A DNA stretch of 64,000 nucleotides from Geopsychrobacteraceae bacterium (GCA_963676795.2 CAXXTB010000001.1:384001-448000); one strand, 5' to 3'; positions 9,460-19,169 are shown, counted from the stretch's first letter. Made by a program: numbers and translations. The notes: generated by a model from the sequence alone, not told the origin.

Positions 9460-11055
9460 ATGAACCAGCTTTATCAGTACCTGCCCTACCTGATCCCCCC
9501 CGTACTGGGGGGGATCATCGGTTATGTCACCAATTATGTGGCGATCCGCATGCTCTTCAGGCCGCTGCGCCCGTGGCGGATTCTCGGCCTGCGGGTGCCG
9601 CTGACGCCGGGCATCATTCCGGCCAAGCGAGGCGAGCTGGCGCGCAAGATGGGCGAGATGGTCGGCGATCATCTGCTGACGGCAGAGGATGTCGGCCGGG
9701 CTTTTGCCAAGGAACCGATACAGCGCGAGTTGCGCCTGACCGTTGCGGACAAGCTGGGCGAGCTTCTGGACCGGCCGCTCGGCCCGCTGGAGACCCTGGT
9801 TCCCGTACGTTTTCGCAAGCGCTTTTCTGACCTTATTGGCATCCTGCAGGCCAAAACCGTCAGTATTGTCAGCGAATATCTGCACAGTGCTGATTTTGAA
9901 GTGCGCTTGCGGGTCTATCTTGATCATCAACTCGATGAGCTTCTGGCCCGCGATCTGGCCAGTTACCTGAGCCCGGAGCGTGAACGTCAGCTTCAGGGCC
10001 ACCTTGAGAAACTGATCAGGCAGTTGATCCTGGCAGAAAAAACCGGTCAGCTGGTCGCTGGTTATATCGATCGTAAAACCGATCAACTTTTGAGCAGTGA
10101 CAAGACATTGCGCCAGCTGCTGCCGGAGGACCTGGTCGAGGTTCTCATCGCTCAGCTCGAAAAGGAACTACCGCCGCTGATCGAAAAGTTTGGCGGCATG
10201 CTCTACGACCCGCAGTTTCGCAGCAGGCTGATCGACAAGGGGAAGCAGGCGATCGATGCCTTTCTCGATTCTCTTGGCGGCCTGGCCGGGCTGCTTAGCG
10301 GTTTCATCGACCTGAACAAGATCTATGACAAGATCCCCGGTTTTCTCGATCAGGCCGGAGATCAGATTGCCGCCTGGCTCAAGGAGGAGAAGACCCAGGC
10401 GCAACTGACCCACTTTCTGCGCGAGCGGATCGATCATTTCCTCGATCGGCCGGTCAGCAGCTTTGTCGAGCATCTCTCCTACGAAAAGGTGACCGGCATC
10501 AAAGGCTTTGTCCGCGATCGGATCATCAGTACCCTGCAGTCGGAAAAGACGGTCGACAGTCTGGTTGTTCTGACCGAGAGCGCTCTGGACCGGGTCAAGG
10601 ATCAACCTTTTGCGGAGCTGCTTGAACGCTGTCTGCCTGAAGACGGGGTTGCCAGCGGGCGCCAGCTGCTTGCGACCAGGGTCCTTGCCATGCTGCGTTC
10701 CGCGCAACTGCACAAGGCCTTTGAGGAGGTCCTGATCGCCCAGACCGACAAGTGGATCTACCAGAAACCGATCGGTCTGCTTTCAACGAAACTGCCGGGT
10801 GATGTGCGCCAGGAGCTTGAAGTCGGCAGCTGTCAACTGGTCGAAGAGATGCTCAAAAAGGAAGCCCCCAGGCTGGTCGACACCCTCAACGTCTGTCGCA
10901 TGGTTGAGGAAAAGGTCAACAGTCTCGACCTGCTCCAAGTTGAAGGGCTGCTGATGGGGGTGATGAGGGAGCAGTTCAAGTACATCAACCTGTTCGGCGC
11001 TCTGCTCGGGTTTATTATCGGCTGTCTGAATCTGCTGGTGATCGGTCTGTTTTGA
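9460..11055 (+). CDS. DUF445 family membrane-anchored protein
   Basis: GGIIGYVTNYVAIRMLFRP...PGIIPAKR; C-terminal FKYINLFGALLGFIIG. Confidence 0.88.
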   Translation: MNQLYQYLPYLIPPVLGGIIGYVTNYVAIRMLFRPLRPWRILGLRVPLTPGIIPAKRGELARKMGEMVGDHLLTAEDVGRAFAKEPIQRELRLTVADKLGELLDRPLGPLETLVPVRFRKRFSDLIGILQAKTVSIVSEYLHSADFEVRLRVYLDHQLDELLARDLASYLSPERERQLQGHLEKLIRQLILAEKTGQLVAGYIDRKTDQLLSSDKTLRQLLPEDLVEVLIAQLEKELPPLIEKFGGMLYDPQFRSRLIDKGKQAIDAFLDSLGGLAGLLSGFIDLNKIYDKIPGFLDQAGDQIAAWLKEEKTQAQLTHFLRERIDHFLDRPVSSFVEHLSYEKVTGIKGFVRDRIISTLQSEKTVDSLVVLTESALDRVKDQPFAELLERCLPEDGVASGRQLLATRVLAMLRSAQLHKAFEEVLIAQTDKWIYQKPIGLLSTKLPGDVRQELEVGSCQLVEEMLKKEAPRLVDTLNVCRMVEEKVNSLDLLQVEGLLMGVMREQFKYINLFGALLGFIIGCLNLLVIGLF

Positions 11056-11135
11056 GAATAGCTGGCCGATCACTGGATTTTATCGCTGCAGCGGTGCTAA
11101 CCTGATACCAGCAGTCAGCTGGATAAGGAGTGATT

Positions 11136-11591
11136 ATGGCCCGTGCAACCTTTGCCGCCGGATGTTTCTGGGGGGTTGAAGAAGCCTTTCGTGTTCTCGA
11201 TGGGGTGCTTGAGACAGCTGTCGGTTATACCGGAGGGCGGGTTGCGCAGCCGACCTATCAGCTGGTCTGCAGCGGTGAAACTGGGCACGCCGAAGCGGTC
11301 CAAATCGAGTATGATCCCGAACGGATCAGCTATGACCAGCTGCTCGAGGTTTTCTGGCACAAGCACAACCCGACCACGCTCAACCGCCAGGGGTGGGATA
11401 TCGGCGATCAGTACCGCTCGGCAATCTTCTATCATACCGAAGAACAGCGGGAAATGGCGGAACGTTCCAAGCAGCTTCTCGCCGCGTCCGGCCTGTACCG
11501 CGATCCGCTTGTCACCGAGATCGTTGCGGCAGAGACCTTCTGGCGGGCGGAAGACTATCATCAGCAGTATCTCCTCAAGCAGAAACGATAA
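11136..11591 (+). CDS. msrA: Peptide-methionine (S)-S-oxide reductase MsrA
   Basis: [43 protein letters not shown] before ATG 11136. Confidence 0.96.
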   Translation: MARATFAAGCFWGVEEAFRVLDGVLETAVGYTGGRVAQPTYQLVCSGETGHAEAVQIEYDPERISYDQLLEVFWHKHNPTTLNRQGWDIGDQYRSAIFYHTEEQREMAERSKQLLAASGLYRDPLVTEIVAAETFWRAEDYHQQYLLKQKR

Positions 11592-11684
11592 CTCCAACGG
11601 GGGGGAGGGTTCGTTATCTTTGAAAATATTCTGAAAATTGAACAGCCTCTGTCGAAAATACTGCAGGTCTGTTCTTTCGTCCTG

Positions 11685-12422
11685 GTGCTGACTGGTTGCT
11701 GCCTGGCACTTTTGAACGGTGCGGAAAGTCTTGGCTACACCTGGCACTGGCAACGGATACCGCGCTATCTGTTCAGTGTATCGGCTTCCGGCTGGCGAGT
11801 CGGCCCCCTGCTGCAGGGGTTGTGGCTGACCCTGGTGATTTCTGCCGTCAGTCTGGTGTTTACCCTGGTGATCGGCCTGGTGACGGCTCTGATGCGTCTC
11901 TCGGGCGGGATCATGGCGACCGCCCTGGCGCGTATCTATCTTGAAGCGATCCGCAATACGCCGCTGCTGGTCCAGATTTTCCTGATCTACTTTGTCCTGG
12001 CGCCGATTCTGGGGTTCGGGCGTTTCAGCTCGGCGGTACTTGCCCTCAGCCTGTTTGAAGGGGCCTATGCATCGGAGATTATTCGTGCCGGTATTCTGGC
12101 CATCAACCGGGGACAGTGGGAAGCTGCCGCGGCACTCGGCCTGACAAGGGCTGGCACCTACCGTCACATCATTCTGCCCCAGGCCTTGAGGCAGATGATT
12201 CCGCCGCTGACCAGCCAGGGGATTTCGCTGATCAAGGATTCGGCCCTGGTTTCGACCATTGCTATCTACGACCTGACTATGCAGGGGCAGCAGCTTGTCG
12301 CCGAGACCTTTCTGACTTTTGAGGTCTGGTTTACCGTCGCCGCCATCTACCTGCTGGTCACCATCATGTTGAGTGGTCTGGTAAAATTTCTGGAATACCG
12401 CATGTCTAAATACCTGAACTGA
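11685..12422 (+). CDS. Polar amino-acid ABC transporter permease (true start may lie upstream)
   Basis: IRNTPLLVQIF; AYASEIIRAGI...GQWEAA.ALG; LIKDSALVS. Confidence 0.9.
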   Translation: MLTGCCLALLNGAESLGYTWHWQRIPRYLFSVSASGWRVGPLLQGLWLTLVISAVSLVFTLVIGLVTALMRLSGGIMATALARIYLEAIRNTPLLVQIFLIYFVLAPILGFGRFSSAVLALSLFEGAYASEIIRAGILAINRGQWEAAAALGLTRAGTYRHIILPQALRQMIPPLTSQGISLIKDSALVSTIAIYDLTMQGQQLVAETFLTFEVWFTVAAIYLLVTIMLSGLVKFLEYRMSKYLN

Positions 12423-12439
12423 AGATCAAGGAGAGGACC

Positions 12440-13261
12440 ATGTTACGACGCACAAGTTTATGCCTGATTCTGCTGATTGCCTTTGTTATTCCCGTATTCG
12501 CAGCCGACTTGCGCCAGGATCTCGCCCAGGCGAGCAGCCTGGAACAGGTGATAACGAAGAATCGCCTGCGGGTCGGATTTTCAACCTTTGTCCCCTGGGC
12601 GATGAAGGACAAGACCGGCGATTACACCGGTTTCGAGATAGAGGTTGCCAGGCGTCTGGCCGAGGATATTGGGGTCGAAATCGAATTCGTCCCGACCAAA
12701 TGGTCGGGGATCATCCCGGCCCTGCTGACCGGTAAGTTCGACGTCATCATCGGCGGCATGGGGATCACCCCTGAGCGCAATCTCAAGGTCAATTTCAGTG
12801 ATCCCTACGAATATTCGGGTATGTCGCTTGTCGCCAACCGCCAGCTTGCAGGTAACCTGAGCAGTCTCGAAGCATTCAACAACCCGCAACTGACTGTTGT
12901 CGCCAGGATTGGTACAACCGCTGCTGAAGCGGCAAAGAAATACCTGCCTGAAGCCCAACTGCGCCTGTTCGACGATGAAGGTCAGGCCTTGCAGGAGGTG
13001 CTCAACGAGCGCGCCGCAGCGATGATCTCATCCCAGCCGTTTCCGGAATTTCAGAGTCTGAAATATCAGGACAAGCTCTATCTGCCGCTTTCCGGTGAGA
13101 CTTTTACCCGGGAGCCGATCGGCTTTGCCGTGCGTAAAGGAGATCCCGATTTCCTCAACTTTCTCAACAACTGGATTCAGGTGCGTAGCGCCGATGGCTG
13201 GCTGCAGGAGCGTTATCGCTACTGGTTCACCACCCAGGACTGGAAAGATCAGGTTGAATAG
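12440..13261 (+). CDS. Polar amino-acid ABC transporter substrate-binding protein (family 3)
   Basis: Signal peptide; GFEIEVARRLA; WSGIIPALLTGKFDVIIGGM.ITPERNLKVNFSDPY; GGAGAGG RBS. Confidence 0.92.
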   Translation: MLRRTSLCLILLIAFVIPVFAADLRQDLAQASSLEQVITKNRLRVGFSTFVPWAMKDKTGDYTGFEIEVARRLAEDIGVEIEFVPTKWSGIIPALLTGKFDVIIGGMGITPERNLKVNFSDPYEYSGMSLVANRQLAGNLSSLEAFNNPQLTVVARIGTTAAEAAKKYLPEAQLRLFDDEGQALQEVLNERAAAMISSQPFPEFQSLKYQDKLYLPLSGETFTREPIGFAVRKGDPDFLNFLNNWIQVRSADGWLQERYRYWFTTQDWKDQVE

Positions 13262-13315
13262 GCCGCAGACTGTGAGCGTTCTCGGGATCCACTGCCCGGA
13301 AGCGGTTCAGGTCTT

Positions 13316-14197
13316 TTGATGCTGAAGCGGCAAAAAGCCTGGGGGCGGGGAGATACCCTGCTGCTGATTCTGATTGCGGGGTTCATCGCTTTCCTTGGCT
13401 ACCGGATCTTTTTCAGTCTGGAGTATCGCTGGAACTGGCAGATCATTCCTCAGTACCTGATGCGTCATGACGCTTCCCGGGGGTGGGTTCCCAATCTTCT
13501 GCTTGAAGGTTTGCTGACCACCGTCCGCCTGAGCCTCTGGAGTCTGCTGCTGGCACTGCCGCTGGGGATTTTCATCGGCCTGCTGCGTACCGGCCACTCC
13601 TTGCTGAGCCGCCTGCTGGGGGGAACCTATGTTGCCCTGTTGCGCAACCTGCCGCCGCTGGTACTGATCCTGATCTTCTATTATTTTGTCAGCGATCAGC
13701 TTCTGCCGCAGCTTGAAATAGGCGATCAGGTCAGAGGTTTGCCGAAATCTCTACAGCATTTCACTGCGGTGTTGCTGGCACCGGCTGATCAGCTTGAGGC
13801 CTTCATCGCGGCGGTTGTTACCCTGGCTCTGTTTGAAGGGGCCTATATCGCCGAGATCGTCCGGGCTGGTATAAACAGCCTTGACCGGGGGCAGTGGGAT
13901 GCCGGCCTAGCGTTGGGGATGAGGCGCTGGCAACAGCTGCGCCATATCATTCTGCCCCAAGCTTTTCAGCGGATGATCCCGGCACTGGCCGGACAGGCGA
14001 TTTCGACGATCAAGGATTCGGCGATTGTTGCGGTGATCTCGATCCAGGAACTGACCTTTCAGGGGATGGAACTGATGGCGGCGACCTACCTGACCTTTGA
14101 AGTCTGGATCACGGTGACGATCCTCTATTTTCTGCTGACCTACAGTTGCTCCTGGCTGGCGGGAAAACTGGAAAAAAGACTGTCTCTTAAGTATTGA
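13316..14197 (+). CDS. Polar amino-acid ABC transporter permease
   Basis: LRNLPPLV; AYIAEIVRAGI...GQWDAG.ALG; IKDSAIV. Confidence 0.9.
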   Translation: MMLKRQKAWGRGDTLLLILIAGFIAFLGYRIFFSLEYRWNWQIIPQYLMRHDASRGWVPNLLLEGLLTTVRLSLWSLLLALPLGIFIGLLRTGHSLLSRLLGGTYVALLRNLPPLVLILIFYYFVSDQLLPQLEIGDQVRGLPKSLQHFTAVLLAPADQLEAFIAAVVTLALFEGAYIAEIVRAGINSLDRGQWDAGLALGMRRWQQLRHIILPQAFQRMIPALAGQAISTIKDSAIVAVISIQELTFQGMELMAATYLTFEVWITVTILYFLLTYSCSWLAGKLEKRLSLKY

Positions 14198-14231
14198 AGA
14201 GCAGATCCGGGTTAACCCGGATCTGCTCTTC
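14196..14231. terminator. 36-bp perfect palindrome between convergent genes; probable bidirectional terminator
   Basis: GAAGAGCAGATCCGGGTTAACCCGGATCTGCTCTTC equals its own reverse complement. Confidence 0.7.
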
Positions 14232-14240
14232 TGCTGAAAA

Positions 14241-15293
14241 CTATTTCAGCAGGTACCTGCTCTCAAATTTACCGGTCTTGGCTTCATCCAGCCTCTTTTC
14301 AACGTATTCCAGAACCTCTTTGCCCGGAACACCTTTTGCCTTGGTATTGTCCAGGTATTCGTCGATAACAGGTTTGACGGCCTCCTTCCAGCTGGCAGCT
14401 TCCTTGGGATCGATACCAATAATCGAAGCGCCTTGAGTCAGGGCGAACTTGATGCCGCGAACTTCAGAGTCCTCCCAGGCCTGGCCATGGCGGCCCGCCC
14501 ACTCGAGGTCGAGCTCATCGATGATCTTCTGGGTTTCCGGATCGAGGGCGTTCCACTTATCCTTGTTCATGACCACGAAGAAGCCCAGAGAGACACCGGT
14601 CGGAGCGCTGTAAGCGGTGAACTTGGAAATTTCGGCGAGCTTCCAGTCGACAGCGGCTGTGAAATCGTAAACAGCCCCTTGAACGACGCCTTTCTGCAAA
14701 GCTTGGTAAAGCTCAGGCATCGGCAACGCCATTGGAGTGCCGCCAAGGGCTTTGACCATGGTCGCTGTCGGACCGACGGCCCTGATCTTCATCCCTTTGA
14801 GATCGCTCATCTGATGAATGGGAGTCCCAACTGTATGGATCGAGTGGGTTGGATTGGCGTGCAGGTAAAGGACCTTGACGTCCTGAAGTTCCTCAGGCTG
14901 AAATTTCTCCAGAACCTCGTTGATTATTGCGGTACTGACCGGGGCACTGAAGTAACCGAGTGGCAGATTGATGAAGTCCATCAGCGGGAAGCGGCCGCGA
15001 GTGTACTGAAGAATCGAAAAACCGATGTCGGTCATGCCGTTGAGTACGGCATCATAAGTCTGGGGTGCCTTGACCAGGCTCTGTCCCGGGTAGAAGTCGA
15101 TTTTCAGTTTGCCGTCGGTGCGTTTTTCAACCTCGGCGATCCAGGCTTCGATCAGCTTGCTGTGAATGTCGGTCGGTCCGTGATGGCAGGCATATCTCAG
15201 CGTCATCGGAGCCGCTAAAATCTGGCCGGGTAAGACCAGGCAGGCCATGAAGACCAGCGTCAGGGCAACTGCAACAGAACGAAACAATTTCAT
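14241..15293 (-). CDS. dctP: TRAP transporter substrate-binding protein DctP
   Basis: Signal peptide; EVEKRTDGKLKIDFYPG; DLKGMKIR; ALGGTP..LPMPELYQALQKGVVQGA. Confidence 0.9.
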   Translation of the reverse strand: MKLFRSVAVALTLVFMACLVLPGQILAAPMTLRYACHHGPTDIHSKLIEAWIAEVEKRTDGKLKIDFYPGQSLVKAPQTYDAVLNGMTDIGFSILQYTRGRFPLMDFINLPLGYFSAPVSTAIINEVLEKFQPEELQDVKVLYLHANPTHSIHTVGTPIHQMSDLKGMKIRAVGPTATMVKALGGTPMALPMPELYQALQKGVVQGAVYDFTAAVDWKLAEISKFTAYSAPTGVSLGFFVVMNKDKWNALDPETQKIIDELDLEWAGRHGQAWEDSEVRGIKFALTQGASIIGIDPKEAASWKEAVKPVIDEYLDNTKAKGVPGKEVLEYVEKRLDEAKTGKFESRYLLK

Positions 15294-15459
15294 ACCATTC
15301 TCCTTTCAATGTGCAACAGAGGGGGGATGGAACGACGTCATCGGCGTTCCTTATCGAGCAATGGATGCTTCTTTCCACTGACTCATTTCACATAGAAAGC
15401 ACGGATCAGGAGTTCCCCGGAGCGACTCCTGTTCTTTGTTGTTCAGTTTGTCTAAAGTT

Positions 15460-16212
15460 CTACTCCCTGGCAGCCAGTTCGCCTTCAAGCCTGGTCAGTT
15501 CCCTTTGAATGCCGTCGATATGTTTGCGCATCGCCTGGGCCGCAGCTTGAGGGTTGCGGGCGGCGATCTGTTCGACGATTGCTGCATGCTGCCGGATCAG
15601 AAGCTGTTTTGAATCTTCGTCCATTGCAATATGCTGAATCCTCTGATCATGGATTTCATTAAAGACCTGCATGATGAGAACCAGCACCGGGTTTTGGGTG
15701 ATTTCGGCCAGGGCGATGTGCAGGCTCTGGTCATAATAGTTCTCCTCCTGCCCTTCGAGCAGGCTGGCTTTATGTCTGGCATGCAGGTTTTTCAGGCGTA
15801 CAATTTCCTCATCGGTCGCATTTTTAGCTGCTTCATAGGCAACCGAAGGTTCAAAAACCAGACGGGCCTGACGGATATGCTCCAGGCTCAGCTGGCCCAA
15901 CTGAAGCATGTCCTTGAAACCGGAGATCAGTGGTCCGGTATTGGCCGTATTGACGTAGGTGCCACCATATTTACCGGTCCTTTTAGTGACCAGACCAGCA
16001 TTTTCCAGGGCCCGCAGTGCTTCCCTGACACTTGAACGGCTGGCCTGAAAAAGTTCGCACAGCTCGCGTTCCGTTGGCAGTTTGTCGCCAGGTTTATAGT
16101 GCCCTTCAAGGATGGCAGATTTGAGCTGAAGTTCAACCTGGACGTGGGTTTTCTCATTCCTGACGCTGGCGAACAGCTGCTCTTGTTTTTTTATCGGACT
16201 AGTCTCGTTCAT
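15460..16212 (-). CDS. GntR/FadR family transcriptional regulator (start 16212 or 16230)
   Basis: wHTH KPGDKLPTERELCELFQASRSSVREALRALE...GKYGGTYV; FCD domain (D..LH..LAE.TQNP, QHAAIV..I, MRKHI). Confidence 0.92.
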   Translation of the reverse strand: MNETSPIKKQEQLFASVRNEKTHVQVELQLKSAILEGHYKPGDKLPTERELCELFQASRSSVREALRALENAGLVTKRTGKYGGTYVNTANTGPLISGFKDMLQLGQLSLEHIRQARLVFEPSVAYEAAKNATDEEIVRLKNLHARHKASLLEGQEENYYDQSLHIALAEITQNPVLVLIMQVFNEIHDQRIQHIAMDEDSKQLLIRQHAAIVEQIAARNPQAAAQAMRKHIDGIQRELTRLEGELAARE

Positions 16213-18256
16213 CTTTTTTGCAGATCTCACAACTGAAAATACGGTTCGGCGTGCCGCCGGATATCGGGTCGAAGCAGCTGTCGTCGGTCAGGTTATTGAT
16301 ATTGCCGCCACTGTCGGTCGGGTTGCCCCAGCCGAAATCGACCCATACGGAGCCAGGCGGTGTGTCTGTGCTCAGCTGCAGGGTGAAGGTTGCCTCGCCA
16401 CGGGCCGAGCGGGCAACAACCTGATCTCCGTCCTGCAGCTGGCGGCCTGAGGCTTCATCGGGGTGGAGGCGAGCCAGTGGCGCAGGGTAGCTCTTGGTCA
16501 GAGAGGCGCAGTTCCTGAACTTGGTGTGGACAAACTGCCCCGGGCGATAACTGCAGCCTGTGAGAGGATAGTCCTCACTGAGTGTTTCACGGGCCGGCGC
16601 GCTGTAGGCAGGGACCGGTGTCAGTCCCAGTTTTTTCAGTTTTGTCGAGTAGAGTTCAATCCGGCCTTGTTCGGAGCTGTAACCGAGCTGCTCAAATTTT
16701 TCATACTTCATCCCCGGTGTGACGGTCAAGACCTGAGCTTCTTTGAGTTTTTCAAAGCTGGCGCCGCAGGGCCTGAGCATGTGTTCGATCCAGCTGGTAT
16801 CGGAGCTAAAGGGGTAGTCCGTAGCGAGCCCCATGCGTCTGGCCAGTTCGTATTCAACGCTGAAGACCGAACGTGCTTCACCGACCGGCTCGGCCAGCGG
16901 GTTGGCCAGGGCGAGAAAACCGCCGTCAAGGCTCGAATAGGCCCGATAGCCGTAGCTTTCATAGGTCGAGGCCATCGGCAGAACCAGATCGGCAACTTCC
17001 GTGGTGCGGGTCGGGAAGATGTCGTTGACCATGACGAACTCAAGCGCCTCGAACAGCTGACGGGTTCGTTTTGTGTTGGCCTGGGTCAGAACCGGGTTGC
17101 CGTGCTGAACGATAGCGGCCCTGGGTCGGTCGGCATCACCGCCAAGAACCGATTCCTTGAAGGCGGGGAAGGGGACCTCGCCGAAGACAGAAAAGCGGTC
17201 GAACCAGGTGCGTTTTTGCACATCCGGCTTGATCATCGGCAGGGCGCTCTGCTGGGCAAAGGGCATGAAGATGTTGCCCCCCTTGACGTCCAGGTTGCCG
17301 GTCAGGCAGATCAGCAGGGCGATGGCGCGAACGCTCTCGACGCCGTTGGTGTACATGTCGAGACCGTTGCCTTCGTAGATGGTTGCCGGTTTTGTTGTGG
17401 CGTAGGTCCTTGCCAGGGCGCTGATCTGGGCTGCCGGAATACCGGTGATTTCGCTGGCCCACTGCGGCGTACAGGAGCTGACCTCGTCTTTGAGCTGAGC
17501 GAAGCCGCTGGTGTAGTTGGTAACAAAGTTCTGATCATACAGTTCTTCGGCGATGATGATCTGGATCATCGCCAGCGCGAGGGCGACATCGGTTCCGGGT
17601 TTGAGCTGAAGCCAGTGGTCGGTCGCTTTGACCGTAGCGGTCCGGTAGGGATCGATGGCGTAGACCGGGATATGCTTTTCCTTGAGCTTCGGCATGATCG
17701 AGCGGAAACCGTCATAGGCCGAATAGGCGGCATAGCGTTCCGATTCCAGCGGGTTGGTGCCCCAGAGAATGACCAGTCCGGTGTTGTCATAGTCCGGTTC
17801 GGGGCGAGGCAGGCCGAGGACGGTTTTGAAAGCGGTCATGCGTGGCACCATGCAGAGGTTGGCCGCACCGGTTAGGTTGGGTGAGCCGAAGGCGCCGGTG
17901 AATTGCAGGAAACCGTCACGGCATTCGTAGGAGACCGGTGCGCCGTTGATACGGATCAGGCTGGTCGGTCCGTATTTTTCCCTGACGCTGGTCAACCGTT
18001 CGGCGGCAAAATCGAGGGCCTCGTCCCAGGAGATCCGGGTGAACCCCGCCTTGGTCTTTTTCAGTGGGTGACGCAGGCGGTCTTTTGAATTGATGATATC
18101 TGGAATTGCCGCAGCCTTGGCACAGAGCCGCCCCCGGTTGACCGGGTGATCAGGATCTCCCTGGATTGATATGCTGCCCGTTTCATCGATAGTGGCGATG
18201 ATGCCGCAGTTGGTGTGACAGAATTGGCAGATAGAGCGGATCTGTTTCTTTTGCAT
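16199..18256 (-). CDS. Cytoplasmic molybdopterin (Mo/W-bisPGD) oxidoreductase, acetylene-hydratase-like branch
   Basis: [4Fe-4S] motif CQFCHTNC...GRLCAK; RLRHPLK, ISWDEALD, putative metal-ligand Cys in SPNLTGAANLC, PGTDVALA, ADLVLP, C-terminal molydop-binding domain; no Tat signal; CAGGAG RBS. Confidence 0.85.
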   Translation of the reverse strand: MQKKQIRSICQFCHTNCGIIATIDETGSISIQGDPDHPVNRGRLCAKAAAIPDIINSKDRLRHPLKKTKAGFTRISWDEALDFAAERLTSVREKYGPTSLIRINGAPVSYECRDGFLQFTGAFGSPNLTGAANLCMVPRMTAFKTVLGLPRPEPDYDNTGLVILWGTNPLESERYAAYSAYDGFRSIMPKLKEKHIPVYAIDPYRTATVKATDHWLQLKPGTDVALALAMIQIIIAEELYDQNFVTNYTSGFAQLKDEVSSCTPQWASEITGIPAAQISALARTYATTKPATIYEGNGLDMYTNGVESVRAIALLICLTGNLDVKGGNIFMPFAQQSALPMIKPDVQKRTWFDRFSVFGEVPFPAFKESVLGGDADRPRAAIVQHGNPVLTQANTKRTRQLFEALEFVMVNDIFPTRTTEVADLVLPMASTYESYGYRAYSSLDGGFLALANPLAEPVGEARSVFSVEYELARRMGLATDYPFSSDTSWIEHMLRPCGASFEKLKEAQVLTVTPGMKYEKFEQLGYSSEQGRIELYSTKLKKLGLTPVPAYSAPARETLSEDYPLTGCSYRPGQFVHTKFRNCASLTKSYPAPLARLHPDEASGRQLQDGDQVVARSARGEATFTLQLSTDTPPGSVWVDFGWGNPTDSGGNINNLTDDSCFDPISGGTPNRIFSCEICKKDERD

Positions 18257-18291
18257 GTCAATCTCCTGCAAGGTCATATCTTCAAGGCATG

Positions 18292-18303
18292 ATGTCAGAC
18301 CAT
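18292..18303 (-). promoter_or_regulatory. Possible FadR-family operator
   Basis: ATGGTCTGACAT on minus strand, ~35 nt upstream of the oxidoreductase ATG; resembles TGGTCNGACCA-type boxes. Confidence 0.35.
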
Positions 18304-18371
18304 AGGAAATTCCCAAAACAAAGTCAAACGAAATTGTCGACGGTCAAATTATCAATACCGGTCTGGTAGCA

Positions 18372-19169
18372 CTATATTTCGAAGGTTTTCCCCGCACCGA
18401 GAACGTCAAAATGAGAGTGCGACCCGAGCTTGTCTTTCAGCACCTCGCAGGCTTCATCGCAGGTACAGTGCCCGGTCAGCAGATATTGCGCACCAAGTTC
18501 GGCGAAGTATTGGACAACCCTGGGAGTGTTCTGATCGACCTGGCGCAGGTGAAAGCCCCCGACAACGGCATGGACATGATCAATTCCGGTGATTCTGCGG
18601 GCATATTCAACGGTATTGCAGATGCCGGAATGGGCACAGCCGGAAATGACCACCAGTCCTTTGGGGGTGATAAAGGCCAGGGCGCCGTCGTCGACCAATT
18701 CATCGACGCTGCCGTCAGCCAGAACAGTCGGAAACTCTTTGGCTTCAAAATCGTGAAGGCGTGGGATGCCGGTCAGGAAATAGACATTATCGCTGATCAT
18801 AAGCGGGCTCTCGGTTTCGATCAGCTGATTATTCCGCTGCAGGGTCTCGCGACTGCTCGCCATCCCGTCGTATTTTCCGCTGAGCCTGGAGTAGCGCGGG
18901 GTGAAGCAGTTCGGGTGCAGGTAGATCCGGGCATCGCGAATCTGGTCGATGCCGTTGGCGTGATCATAATGGCCGTGACTGAGTGCGACGGTGTTGACTT
19001 GTGAGAGATCGATACCGAGGATTTTCGCGTTCTGTATAAAAATATCGGTTTGACCAAAGTCAAAAAGCAGCTGCCGACCGGAAAATTCGATGTGCATTGA
19101 CAGGCCATGTTCGGGAGTGCAGCGTTCATCGCCAGGTCTGTCATCAACCAGAACAGTAATCTTCATCAT
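18372..19169 (-). CDS. MBL-fold metallo-hydrolase
   Basis: EHGLS; LFDFG; SHGHYDHANG; SGCAHSGICN; VGGFHL; GHCT. Confidence 0.9.
   Translation of the reverse strand: MMKITVLVDDRPGDERCTPEHGLSMHIEFSGRQLLFDFGQTDIFIQNAKILGIDLSQVNTVALSHGHYDHANGIDQIRDARIYLHPNCFTPRYSRLSGKYDGMASSRETLQRNNQLIETESPLMISDNVYFLTGIPRLHDFEAKEFPTVLADGSVDELVDDGALAFITPKGLVVISGCAHSGICNTVEYARRITGIDHVHAVVGGFHLRQVDQNTPRVVQYFAELGAQYLLTGHCTCDEACEVLKDKLGSHSHFDVLGAGKTFEI

Noticed and set aside
11136..12422. MsrA-permease read-through fusion
   Set aside because: Same frame, but the stop is TAA, no recoding signal is evident, and an SD lies between the genes
16463..17875. 470-aa plus-strand ORF
   Set aside because: Antisense to the well-supported molybdopterin enzyme; no recognisable domain
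16199..18256. Calling the enzyme acetylene hydratase, formate dehydrogenase or nitrate reductase
   Set aside because: His replaces the Asp13 equivalent; no Fdh-type Cys/Sec-His motif, Tat signal or partner subunits
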